This document shows positions 39,923 to 48,900 of a stretch of 64,000 nt of DNA, in pieces (the stretch's first letter is position 1; every line of letters starts with the position of its first letter). This DNA is from Cyanobium sp. (GTDB taxonomy: Bacteria; Cyanobacteriota; Cyanobacteriia; PCC-6307; Cyanobiaceae), in assembly GCA_046075505.1 (NCBI GenBank), contig JBJTQH010000133.1, forward strand, positions 61,497-125,496. Direction: 5' to 3'. Under the pieces are notes generated by a model. The model was not told the origin of the DNA, did no database searches, and saw only the letters and a list, made by a program, of their open reading frames with translations. The position numbers were made by a program, and so were the translations under genes.

Positions 39923-41239
39923 TCAGCCGAAACCCTTGCCGGCATCACGGGCGACGCAGGCCTGCAGCTGACGCCGCAGGGTGGCGTGATCCAGCTGACG
40001 GCCGATCAGCACCAGCTGGTTGCTGCGCGCCCCAGGCCAGTCGCTGTCATCGATCGAGAAACGTTTGCCGGCCAGGTGAAAGATATGGCGCCGTTCGCTC
40101 TCATTGAACCAGAGGATACCCTTGGCCCGGAACACGCTCCCCGGCAGCTGGTTATCGAGGAAGTTCTGGAACTTGCGCAGCGAGAAGGGAGCATCACTGC
40201 GAAACGACAGTGAAGTGAATCCTTCAATGGCCAGATGATCGCTGTGAGCATGATCATGGCCATGAGAATGACTGTGGGGATGGCCATGCTGGTGATCATC
40301 GCCACCGGCCTGGGCCGGCTCGCCCTCGTGCACGCAATGGCCGTGGTCGTGATCGCAGTCGCTGTGATCGTGATCGCCATGGGCGTGATGATCATGGCTG
40401 TGATGGCTATGGCTGTGATCATGATGCGAGTGATCGTGAGCCTCCTGCTCGTGCACACAGACGCCATGGTCGTGATCGCAGTCGTCGTGGCTCTGGCCGG
40501 CCACCACCTTGTCGCTTTCGAACAGACCGACGCTCAACAGCAGCGGCAGCGGCACCTGGCCCTTCACCGAACGCAGAATGCGAGCCTCCGCTTTGATCTC
40601 ACGCAGCTGCGCTTCCAGCTGCTGCAGGCGTTCCTCGGCCACCAGATCGCATTTGTTGAGCAGCAGCATGTCGCCGTAGACGATCTGGGCGCGAGCCACT
40701 TCACCCTGCAGCAGCTCATCGCTGAAGTTTTCGGCATCGATCAAGGTGATGATCGAATCCAGGCGGGTGAGATCGCGCAGGTCGCTGCCGAGGAAGGTCA
40801 TCGCCACCGGCAGCGGATCGGCCAGGCCGGTGGTCTCGACCACCAGATAATCCACCGGATCGGGGCGATCGAGAATGCGATACACCGCCTCCAGCAGTTC
40901 GCCGTTGATGGAGCAGCAGATGCAGCCGTTGCTCAGCTCCACCATGTCCTCACCGGTGGCGACCACCAGTTCGTTGTCGATGCCGATCTCCCCGAACTCA
41001 TTCACCAGCACCGCCGTTTTCAGGCCCTGCTGATTGGTGAGGATGTGGTTGAGCAGGGTGGTTTTTCCCGCCCCCAGAAAGCCGGTCAGGATCGTCACCG
41101 GCAGACCGGTGCGCCCGTCCTGCAACGCCGCGGCCTCAGGCTGATCTACGGAAATGGTGTTGGTGGCATCGCTGGAGGCCGCAGTGCTGGGGGCCATGGA
41201 ACCGGATTCGCTGCAAGACCCCGATTCTCGCGCCTTCAC
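39923..41239 (-). CDS. COG0523 (CobW/YjiA/ZigA-type) G3E GTPase metallochaperone with an 85-aa His-rich insert
   Basis: GFLGAGKTTLLNHIL P-loop, CICCS motif, ETTGLADP, and a His/Asp/Cys-rich tract at aa 251-335. The start may be ATG at 41197. Confidence 0.9.
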   Translation of the reverse strand: MKARESGSCSESGSMAPSTAASSDATNTISVDQPEAAALQDGRTGLPVTILTGFLGAGKTTLLNHILTNQQGLKTAVLVNEFGEIGIDNELVVATGEDMVELSNGCICCSINGELLEAVYRILDRPDPVDYLVVETTGLADPLPVAMTFLGSDLRDLTRLDSIITLIDAENFSDELLQGEVARAQIVYGDMLLLNKCDLVAEERLQQLEAQLREIKAEARILRSVKGQVPLPLLLSVGLFESDKVVAGQSHDDCDHDHGVCVHEQEAHDHSHHDHSHSHHSHDHHAHGDHDHSDCDHDHGHCVHEGEPAQAGGDDHQHGHPHSHSHGHDHAHSDHLAIEGFTSLSFRSDAPFSLRKFQNFLDNQLPGSVFRAKGILWFNESERRHIFHLAGKRFSIDDSDWPGARSNQLVLIGRQLDHATLRRQLQACVARDAGKGFG

Positions 41240-41376
41240 GGCAGGGCTGAGCCGCAGACCGCAACAGCAGCGACACCGCCCTCACGCACAGGGCCGGACA
41301 GCAGGGACTCCGGAACTCGCCGCTGCTCGACGCCAGAGGGCCGCACCTCGGGCAGGCGTGGCGCGCTGCGGGAGAT

Positions 41377-41787
41377 TCAGCGATCGCCAGCCTGGCGCTG
41401 CCGGCAGCTGGCGCACAGCCCGAAGAATTCCAGGGTGTGAAACAGGGGGGTGAAACCGGCCAGCTCGCGCTCCGGCAACGGCAGATCATGCACCGGGCAA
41501 TGGGCCAGGGTGACGGTGCTGCCGCAGTCGACGCAGGTGAGGTGGTGCTCATCCCGCTCGGTGGGGGCATACAGAGCCTCGCCGCTGGGCAGGTGGCGGC
41601 AGCGCACCAGGCCCCGCTGCTGCAGCTGGCGCAGATGGCGATACACGGTCGCCAGGCCCATCGCCCCGGGACTTTCGCGCAGGCGCGCATGCAGATCCTG
41701 GCCGGACAGTTCGCCGCTGCAGGCGCGCAACGCCGCCAGCAGCAACTCCTGACGGTGGGGCAGAACCGGGGAGGGGGAAGTCGCCAT
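41377..41787 (-). CDS. zur: Fur-family regulator, Zur-like
   Basis: GLATVYRHLRQL HTH, HHLTCVDCG and CASC motifs. It sits directly upstream of the COG0523 gene. Confidence 0.8.
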   Translation of the reverse strand: MATSPSPVLPHRQELLLAALRACSGELSGQDLHARLRESPGAMGLATVYRHLRQLQQRGLVRCRHLPSGEALYAPTERDEHHLTCVDCGSTVTLAHCPVHDLPLPERELAGFTPLFHTLEFFGLCASCRQRQAGDR

Positions 41788-41904
41788 CGCCGCGAAAGGC
41801 CGCTCCTGGTTTTACTCCGGCGACGGTGACAGCCGGGGCGGGGCCACCGGGCAAGAGCCGACGAGACTCCCCAGGCCGCCAGCCGAGGCGCCGGCGGCGA
41901 CCGC

Positions 41905-42429
41905 TCAGGGCGCTTCCCAAGGCTCCGGGGAACAAGCGGCAGGGACAGCCGCCGCAAACCAGTCCGGCCAGGCCTCGTAGCAGGCGGCATTGACCTCGTT
42001 CTCCCGCGCCTCGACGCGCACGCAGCAGCAGCGGCCCCCCTCACGCTCGCGCAGCAGGGCGTTGGCCCACTGCCACACCAGATGGGCGCTGGCCTCCATG
42101 CCGACGTTGTCCATCACGCGCAGATCGAGCGCCCCCTGGGCATGCAGATCCCGCCAGGTGGCCAGAAGCGGATCATCAGCATTGACCAGAAAGGTGTGAT
42201 CGAATTGGTGGCGCAGGCGATCGCGCAGCTCCGAAAGGCTGGAGAAATCGACCACGAAGCCATGGGCATCCAGGCTGTGGGCGCGGAACCAGCAGCTGAA
42301 ACTGCGGCTGTAGCCGTGCACGAAACGGCAGTGCCCCGGGTGGCGCCACTGGCGGTGGCTGCAGGGAAAGCCGCTGAAGGTCTTGCTGCAGCTGTAGAGC
42401 CGGGAGGGGGAGGCGCTGGGCTCGGCCAT
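41905..42429 (-). CDS. 6-pyruvoyl-tetrahydropterin synthase / QueD-like protein (COG0720)
   Basis: CSKTFSGFPCSHRQW..GHCRFVHGYSRSF..GFVVDFSSL aligns by eye to QueD/PTPS. ATG at 42429 chosen inside ORF 41905..43443. Confidence 0.8.
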   Translation of the reverse strand: MAEPSASPSRLYSCSKTFSGFPCSHRQWRHPGHCRFVHGYSRSFSCWFRAHSLDAHGFVVDFSSLSELRDRLRHQFDHTFLVNADDPLLATWRDLHAQGALDLRVMDNVGMEASAHLVWQWANALLREREGGRCCCVRVEARENEVNAACYEAWPDWFAAAVPAACSPEPWEAP

Positions 42430-42630
42430 GGGAGATCCTGCTGGATCCATTGTTCCAGCCCGCATCGGAGCAGTGGGGCCGCGCCGCAGCACCGGCGCTG
42501 CGCGGCCGCCGATCGCAGCAGACGACAACGCCGCGGCGACCAGCCTCCCGCCCCGGCAGGGCTTGGCCCAGGCCGGGCCGACCCGAGCGATCAGGCCCAT
42601 CGGTAGCGTGAATCCAATCGCACAGCCCCT

Positions 42631-43311
42631 GTGTCCTCGAGCCTGCCGGGTCCGGAACTGCTCGCCAACCTGCGCTGGAACCCCGATGGCCTGATCCCGG
42701 CGGTGGCCCAGGACTGGCTCGATGGGGCGGTGCTGATGGTGGCCTGGATGAACCGAGAGGCGCTGCAGCGCAGCCTGGAGAGCGGCGAGGTGCACTACTG
42801 GAGCCGCTCGAGGCAGGAGCTGTGGCACAAAGGAGCCACCAGCGGCCAGATCCAGATCCTCAAGGGGCTGCGCTTCGACTGCGATGCCGATGTGCTGCTG
42901 CTGAGCATCGAGCAGCTCGGAGGCGGCGCTTGCCACACCGGGGCCCCCAGCTGCTTCTACGAGGAGGGTCCGGGAGTGAGTGCCGGCGGGGCGGACGCGC
43001 TGCCGCCACCGGCCGATATCTGCACGGAGCTGTACCGGGTGATCGAAGACCGGCGCCAGCGACCGGAGGCGGGCAGCTACACCAATCGCCTGCTCGAAGG
43101 GGGCGACAACCGCATTCTCAAGAAAATCGGTGAGGAAGCGGCCGAATTCGTGATGGCCGTCAAGGACGACGATCCGGAGGCGATCGCCGGCGAAGCGGCC
43201 GATCTGCTGTTTCACCTGCAGGTGGCCCTGGCCCACCACGGCGTGCCCTGGCGCGCTGTACAGATGATCCTGGCCGGACGTCGCGGGGCGCCCAGGCGTG
43301 AGGTGAACTGA
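42631..43311 (+). CDS. hisIE: bifunctional phosphoribosyl-AMP cyclohydrolase / phosphoribosyl-ATP pyrophosphatase
   Basis: [43 protein letters not shown] (HisI) followed by [18 protein letters not shown] (HisE). GTG start. Confidence 0.92.
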   Translation: MSSSLPGPELLANLRWNPDGLIPAVAQDWLDGAVLMVAWMNREALQRSLESGEVHYWSRSRQELWHKGATSGQIQILKGLRFDCDADVLLLSIEQLGGGACHTGAPSCFYEEGPGVSAGGADALPPPADICTELYRVIEDRRQRPEAGSYTNRLLEGGDNRILKKIGEEAAEFVMAVKDDDPEAIAGEAADLLFHLQVALAHHGVPWRAVQMILAGRRGAPRREVN

Positions 43312-43488
43312 CAGGAGCAGGCCCCTTCTGGTGGATAGCGAAGACAGGCGATCGAAGCCATCACACCCGCTCACCATGGGCGCTTTGCTGCCGCTGCTCT
43401 GAACGCAACCACCGATCACGGCGGAGAAGCGCAAGCCGCTCACATGGCCGGATCAGGGCTAATAAGAAACATCAAGAAATAAAAAAAC

Positions 43489-43516
43489 TTGCCAGGGCAG
43501 AATTCACGGCTAGGCT
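43489..43516 (+). promoter_or_regulatory. sigma70-like promoter candidate for the giant locus
   Basis: TTGCCA-N16-TAGGCT, preceded by the A-rich tract aataagaaacatcaagaaataaaaaaac. Confidence 0.3.
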
Positions 43517-43716
43517 ATTAACAGCCGCCAGAATGAAGCGCCATGGACGTTACGACTCAAAATGCCACCTGATCAGCAATGAAACTCCGCAGAGCCCAGC
43601 AGATCCCGTCTATGTCTGACGTCCGGCCCTCAATGAGGGCACAAAAGCGAGGCGCCACGGAAGATATGCCTCTATGCGTTCTTAGGTATTCCAGTTGTGC
43701 GGCGCTTTGTTGCTGA

Positions 43717-45981
43717 TCAAGAAATGCCAAGCCCTTCTGGGGCAACGGTCATTACTACGCATACACCCAGTCGTCGGCGACCTGGCACACAGCCTATTCC
43801 GAGTCCATAACCACGCTTAATCAACTCGGCACGCAGGGCTATCTAGCGACAATTACATCCGCAGACGAGAATACATTTATCTTAAACTACTCCAACGGCC
43901 GCTACACCTACAGCGACCCTGGCGCAGTACCGTATTACGGAAGCACTAAAATAGCAACCGATGTCTTTCTGGCCGGAAGCGACGAAGAATCACAGGGGAC
44001 AGTAGAAGGCAAATGGACATGGGAAAGCGGTCCCGAAAATGGCTTGATGTTCCGAGATGGTAGTAGCAATACTGCTTATACCAACTGGTCACCGGGGTCA
44101 CCGGATAACAAAAATAACCAGGATTTCCTGGTGATGATCACCTCCGGCGGCTGGGGGGATGTCGACCCCAAGGCAGGAATCGGTGGCTATGTGACGGAAT
44201 GGGGCAAAAGCGGAGCCGAATTCAGCGTAACAAGTTTCACGGGAGCCAATGGATACGAGAATGGCACGGCGCCAAAGATGACGATCAACTTTGATCGCTC
44301 GATCCCCAACGATTACGTGGATATTCGTAATGGCAACGCCCTGATCGACATCCCGATCAGCTTCGGCGGCACCGCCGTCATGGGCCAGGACTATGACCTG
44401 ACCGTCAGCGGCGGCAGCTACCAGGGAGGACGGCTCTATGTTCGCAACACGGCGTCGGTGACCCTGACTTTCACGCCACGCAACAACAGCACCTGGCAGG
44501 CTCCACGCACGATCACCGCATCCTTGGGGGCAGACGGCAGCGAAAACATCTATAGCCTCAACGCCAGCAGCGACCAGGTGTGGTTGTTTGACGACGAACC
44601 CCAGCTCAGCCTTGGCCAGGGCGCTTACAAATTCGTCCGCGCCCCCTACACCTACACCACAAGCACCAACACCCTGCCTGCCAGCAACAGCGACTTCAAT
44701 ACCAATGCTGATGTGTTGCTGTTTGATGCCGATGGCATCAATGAATCAGATGCCGTCTTCCGCGGGCAGGGGCTCAACGACGGCTTCGCAGTTCGATGGG
44801 AAACTTACATCCGCATCCCAGAGACGGGAGACTATGTCTTCCGCACCACCACAGACGATGGAGCGAGACTGACCGTCAGAGACAACAATAGCAGTGGCCT
44901 TCACCGGGCAGGATTCGAGCATTGGACGCTCAATTCAGCCACGACTCATAGCACCGGTAAAATTAATCTTACCAAGGGAAATGTTGTCTGGTTGCAGTTT
45001 GACTATTTTGAAAATACCGGTGCGGCCTCCGCGCAACTCACCTGGGATCGCCCCAATGGAAGCAGCGGTACGATCAACAACGAAGTGGTGCCGGCCAGCG
45101 CCATGTTCCTCTCAGAATCCCTGGCGCAGGGGGTGAACCGCAGCGAAACCAGCAGCAATGCAACCAGCCTCGGTTTTCAGCTGTTTGCCAACAAGAGCAC
45201 CAGCAGTGTGACCAATGTTCAACTGACAGCCACGTCAGAAGCCTCCAACTCCACATCCAATACCACGCTTGCTCAACGGCAGACAGACGGCACCAAGGTT
45301 GGCAATGACTATGTGATCAAGGATGGTAGTGAATCAATCAATAGAAGCAGAATTGGCATTAACGGCATCGTCAATGGAGTCGTCCTTGCCCCCTTCGGCG
45401 TGAATGCCAATGGGGCAACAACAAGCCGTGATACCAACACCAGCACCACGCCCTCGCCCGTGAGCGGCGTCCCCCTGCGGATGAATGTCAACCAAGATGA
45501 TCCCTATGTCATCACCTACAACAGCAGTTCATGGAATATTGCCGAGGCAAAGCAGAGCGAAACCTGGACACTGAGCGTCTATGCCAAGGCAGACAGGCCC
45601 ACAAGCGGGCAACTCTTTATTTTTGAAGCCAATGACAGTGGAGCAGCCATAAGGAACTCTGCATCCACGATTCAACTGGGCACGGAGTGGCAGCGGTACA
45701 CATTCAGCTACACGTTTACAGACCCTGCTTCTCGTTATATCCAGGTCAGGCTTGATGGGCCTGATTATGGGGGCAAAGATGCAGTGATATGGTGGGACGG
45801 AGTGCAAGTTGAACGGGCAAACCAGGCGAGCCCATTTACCGCCTCGTCTCAAATAAATCGTTTTGCCACGAAATTCAATCCCCTGGATCTCCACAGCGGT
45901 GGCTTCGGAACCTCTGACTGGAGCCTCGAGCGGGCCTCTGGAGGCCTTCATGCTCTAGGTCATTTAATATCGAGGTGTTGA
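43717..45981 (+). CDS. giant-locus segment A: C-type lectin-like domain, Calx-beta-like repeats, PA14 and a CBM-like jelly roll (no canonical start for the lectin domain)
   Basis: The frame is open from 43717. The ORF track starts at TTG 44044, but the same frame upstream reads FWGNGHYYAYTQSSATWHTAYSES..LATITSADENTFIL..KWTWESGPENG, the N-terminal half of the CTLD that continues as YTNWSPGSPDN..QDFLVM..GGWGDV. PA14: FAVRWETYIRIPETGDYVFRTTTDDGARLTV..QLTWDRP. Confidence 0.8.
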   Translation, partial: SRNAKPFWGNGHYYAYTQSSATWHTAYSESITTLNQLGTQGYLATITSADENTFILNYSNGRYTYSDPGAVPYYGSTKIATDVFLAGSDEESQGTVEGKWTWESGPENGLMFRDGSSNTAYTNWSPGSPDNKNNQDFLVMITSGGWGDVDPKAGIGGYVTEWGKSGAEFSVTSFTGANGYENGTAPKMTINFDRSIPNDYVDIRNGNALIDIPISFGGTAVMGQDYDLTVSGGSYQGGRLYVRNTASVTLTFTPRNNSTWQAPRTITASLGADGSENIYSLNASSDQVWLFDDEPQLSLGQGAYKFVRAPYTYTTSTNTLPASNSDFNTNADVLLFDADGINESDAVFRGQGLNDGFAVRWETYIRIPETGDYVFRTTTDDGARLTVRDNNSSGLHRAGFEHWTLNSATTHSTGKINLTKGNVVWLQFDYFENTGAASAQLTWDRPNGSSGTINNEVVPASAMFLSESLAQGVNRSETSSNATSLGFQLFANKSTSSVTNVQLTATSEASNSTSNTTLAQRQTDGTKVGNDYVIKDGSESINRSRIGINGIVNGVVLAPFGVNANGATTSRDTNTSTTPSPVSGVPLRMNVNQDDPYVITYNSSSWNIAEAKQSETWTLSVYAKADRPTSGQLFIFEANDSGAAIRNSASTIQLGTEWQRYTFSYTFTDPASRYIQVRLDGPDYGGKDAVIWWDGVQVERANQASPFTASSQINRFATKFNPLDLHSGGFGTSDWSLERASGGLHALGHLISRC

Positions 45982-48900
45982 CTGATAGCTACGCAGAAAA
46001 TACCGAGTCGGTCACACTGACGCTCGGCAATGGAAGTGGCTATGGCATCTCCAACGGCAGCCAAACCCTCACCATCGGCGATGACCCCTTCGTCGTGTCG
46101 CTGGAGAAGGGACAGGATGCCAGTGAAGGGGGAAGCAGCGACGCTGATCTGGGCTGGTTCACGATCACATCCAATAAAGCGGCACCCAGCGGTGGCCTGC
46201 GGATTCGCTACGAAATCTCCGGCGGCACAGCCGAGCGCGGCTCCGATTATCATGCACCCAAGGCAACACTGAGTACCACAAATTTCAATCCAGAAAACAT
46301 TGTTGTATTGCCGAGCAACGCCACCTCGACGCAAATCTATATCTCTGCCATCACCGATGCCATCCGGGAAGGCGACGAGACCGTCACCCTCAAGCTGATT
46401 CCCAATGTTGAAACAGACGACAAAGGATTCAGCTTTCAGCGCTACAGCATCGACAGCAGTAACAGCCAAGCGACCCTGACCATCAACGACAGCACGGCCT
46501 ACAGCCCCAACCTCGTGGTCACGCCTGCTGACCGCACCGGAGTTGCCACCATCCGTGCCCAGTTGCTGAATGGAACGCAGCAGGCCGCTTTCGATGTACG
46601 CCTCACCAGCCAGCCCCAGGCGGCGGTGACGATCCAGCTCAGCGGCCCCGCCGGCTCCCAGCTCTCCAGCCAGCAGCTCAGCTTCTCCAGCAGCAACTGG
46701 ACCCAGCCCCAACGGATCACCGTCACGAATCTGGCCAGCAACCAGGCCAGCGTGGTGAACCTGAGCAGCAGCAGCAGCGACAGCCGCTACACAGGCCTGA
46801 GCACCAGCCAGCAGATCATTCCCTCCAGCTGGCCCTCGGATCTGCAACTGAACCTCTGGGAGGGGGGCGCTCTGGTCCCCGGTCAGCCGCCGGCCAGTGT
46901 GCAGGCCCTCGACGGTTCCGAAGGCAGCAACGACCGCCTGGGATTTGAGCTGATCCTGGGATCACCGGTGGTGGGCAATCCAATCGAGCTGCTCTATCAA
47001 CTCAGCGGTGGGGCTGGCTTCCTCCTCGATGGCAGCACAGCCGATGCGGTGCATACACCGGAACGGACCTACCTCCCGCTTGTGCTGAACAACAGCAGCA
47101 GCAGCGGCGGCTTTGCCTATGCCGAGTTCAGTGGCCTGAGCACCGTGAGCAACAGCGGCGAGATCAGCGCTGAAGCCTGGGTGCGCCGCGATGCCGTCAC
47201 CACGGCCGCAGGGGTGCTGGAGTTCACAGACAGCAACGGCTTCAACCTGATCAGCCTCGGCTTCCACGAGGCCACCGGCAAGCCGACACTGGAGATCCGC
47301 GATCCTGCCGGCACGCGGCTGCTGCGCCTGATCGCCGAGGGGGAACTGGGACTGCAGGAATGGAACCATCTGGCCTACAGCGTCGATGCCCACGGCCTGG
47401 CCAGTCTTTACGTCGATGGGGAGCTGGCAAAACAGGGCCAGCTGAGCTATGGCTCAGGCCTGAAGATTTCCCTCTATGAGGGCAAGCAGTTTGAATCCCT
47501 GCGCAACACCAGCGCCGCCACCAGCATCGATTTCAACGACAGTGTCGACACGGCCGAGGGAGGGGATGGCGAGACCTTCTCGGTCCGGGCCAGCGGGCAG
47601 ATCCAGGCACGCAGCAACGGCGACAATGCGTTTGCCGTGCTGTCTGATGACGGCGTGCGGGTGAAGGTGAATGGCCTGCTGGTGGTGGATAACTGGACAG
47701 ACCATGGCGCCACATGGAACAGCTTCACCGTTCCCAATCTCGTGGCTGGTGAGTGGTACGACATCGAGATCGAATACTACGAACACACTGGCTATGCGCA
47801 ACTCCAGCTCGCCGATCAACCGAACGGTACGCCGATCACAGCCCTGCGCCATGTGCCGCTCTACACCGGCACACGCAGCCTTAATTCCATCGGCCGCACG
47901 GCTGTGGGCAGCAATGGCACGGGCTATCTGAGCGGAGCTGTGCGCGGCGTGGGCATCTGGAACGCCGCCCGCAGCCAGGACCAGATTCAGGCCTCGATGC
48001 TGGCCGCTGCACCGGCAGGCACCGGTCTGATCAGCGGGCTGCCGCTGAACGGATCCACCGCCAACAGTGTGCAGGGGGGCCCGGCAGCGGTGCTGCGCAG
48101 CGGCTCCACCAACAAAGCCGCCTTTGCCACCACTCCCTTCCATGGTCTTCAGGTCCCTGCGGGAGCCTCCAGCGTCAGTCTGCCCATCGTTCCCATCGAC
48201 GACCTCACGGCCGAAGGCACGGAAGGCCTGAGCCTGACCCTGCTGGACGCCGGCCGCTACAGCCTGGGCGTCGGGGCCGACAGAGCAACAGCCGAGCTCA
48301 GCGACAACGAGAGTGCCGCTGTGCAGTTTCTGACCGACGGCGCCCCGACCAGCTCCGGCACGGACACGACGCCCGATACGGCCTGGAGCAGCAGCGCCCA
48401 GTTCCGCGTGCGTGAAGAAGACGTGGCGGAGGAGAGCATCACCCTGCTCGGCATACGCCTGGGCAGCCAGCCGAGCGCGCCGGTGACCCTGACGCTGGAT
48501 CCGGCCTCCTTCCAGAGCTCCGAGCTGAATGTGTTCAATCCGGCCGATCCAGGCGCGGCATCGGTCGCGCTGCTGTTCAACCCTGACAGCTGGGATCAGG
48601 TGCAGACCCTGCATCTGCAAGGTGTGGATGACAATCGCGACGACGACGACAAGGCGCAGACGCTGCGGTTCAGCGTCGGCAGCAGCGACGCCGTTTATGC
48701 CGGGCTGCAACCCTCGATCTCGGTGCTCACCCTCGACGACGACGCCAGCGAGGCCGATCCGTCGTTGGCCACCGACCAGAGCGCCACGGCGCCGCTGATC
48801 AGCTTGAGCAGCCCCAATCGCACCTCCATCAACGAATCCGGCAACGACAGCGCCACCTTCACGATCAGCCTGCCCCAGGCCGCCAGCGAGGAGACGCTGG

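Noticed and set aside
43557-43745. 62-aa minus-strand ORF in the island leader, considered as a small regulator gene.
   Set aside because: It has no motif or HTH, its start overlaps the lectin-domain coding frame, and its composition is unremarkable. It is kept only as a possibility inside the leader finding.
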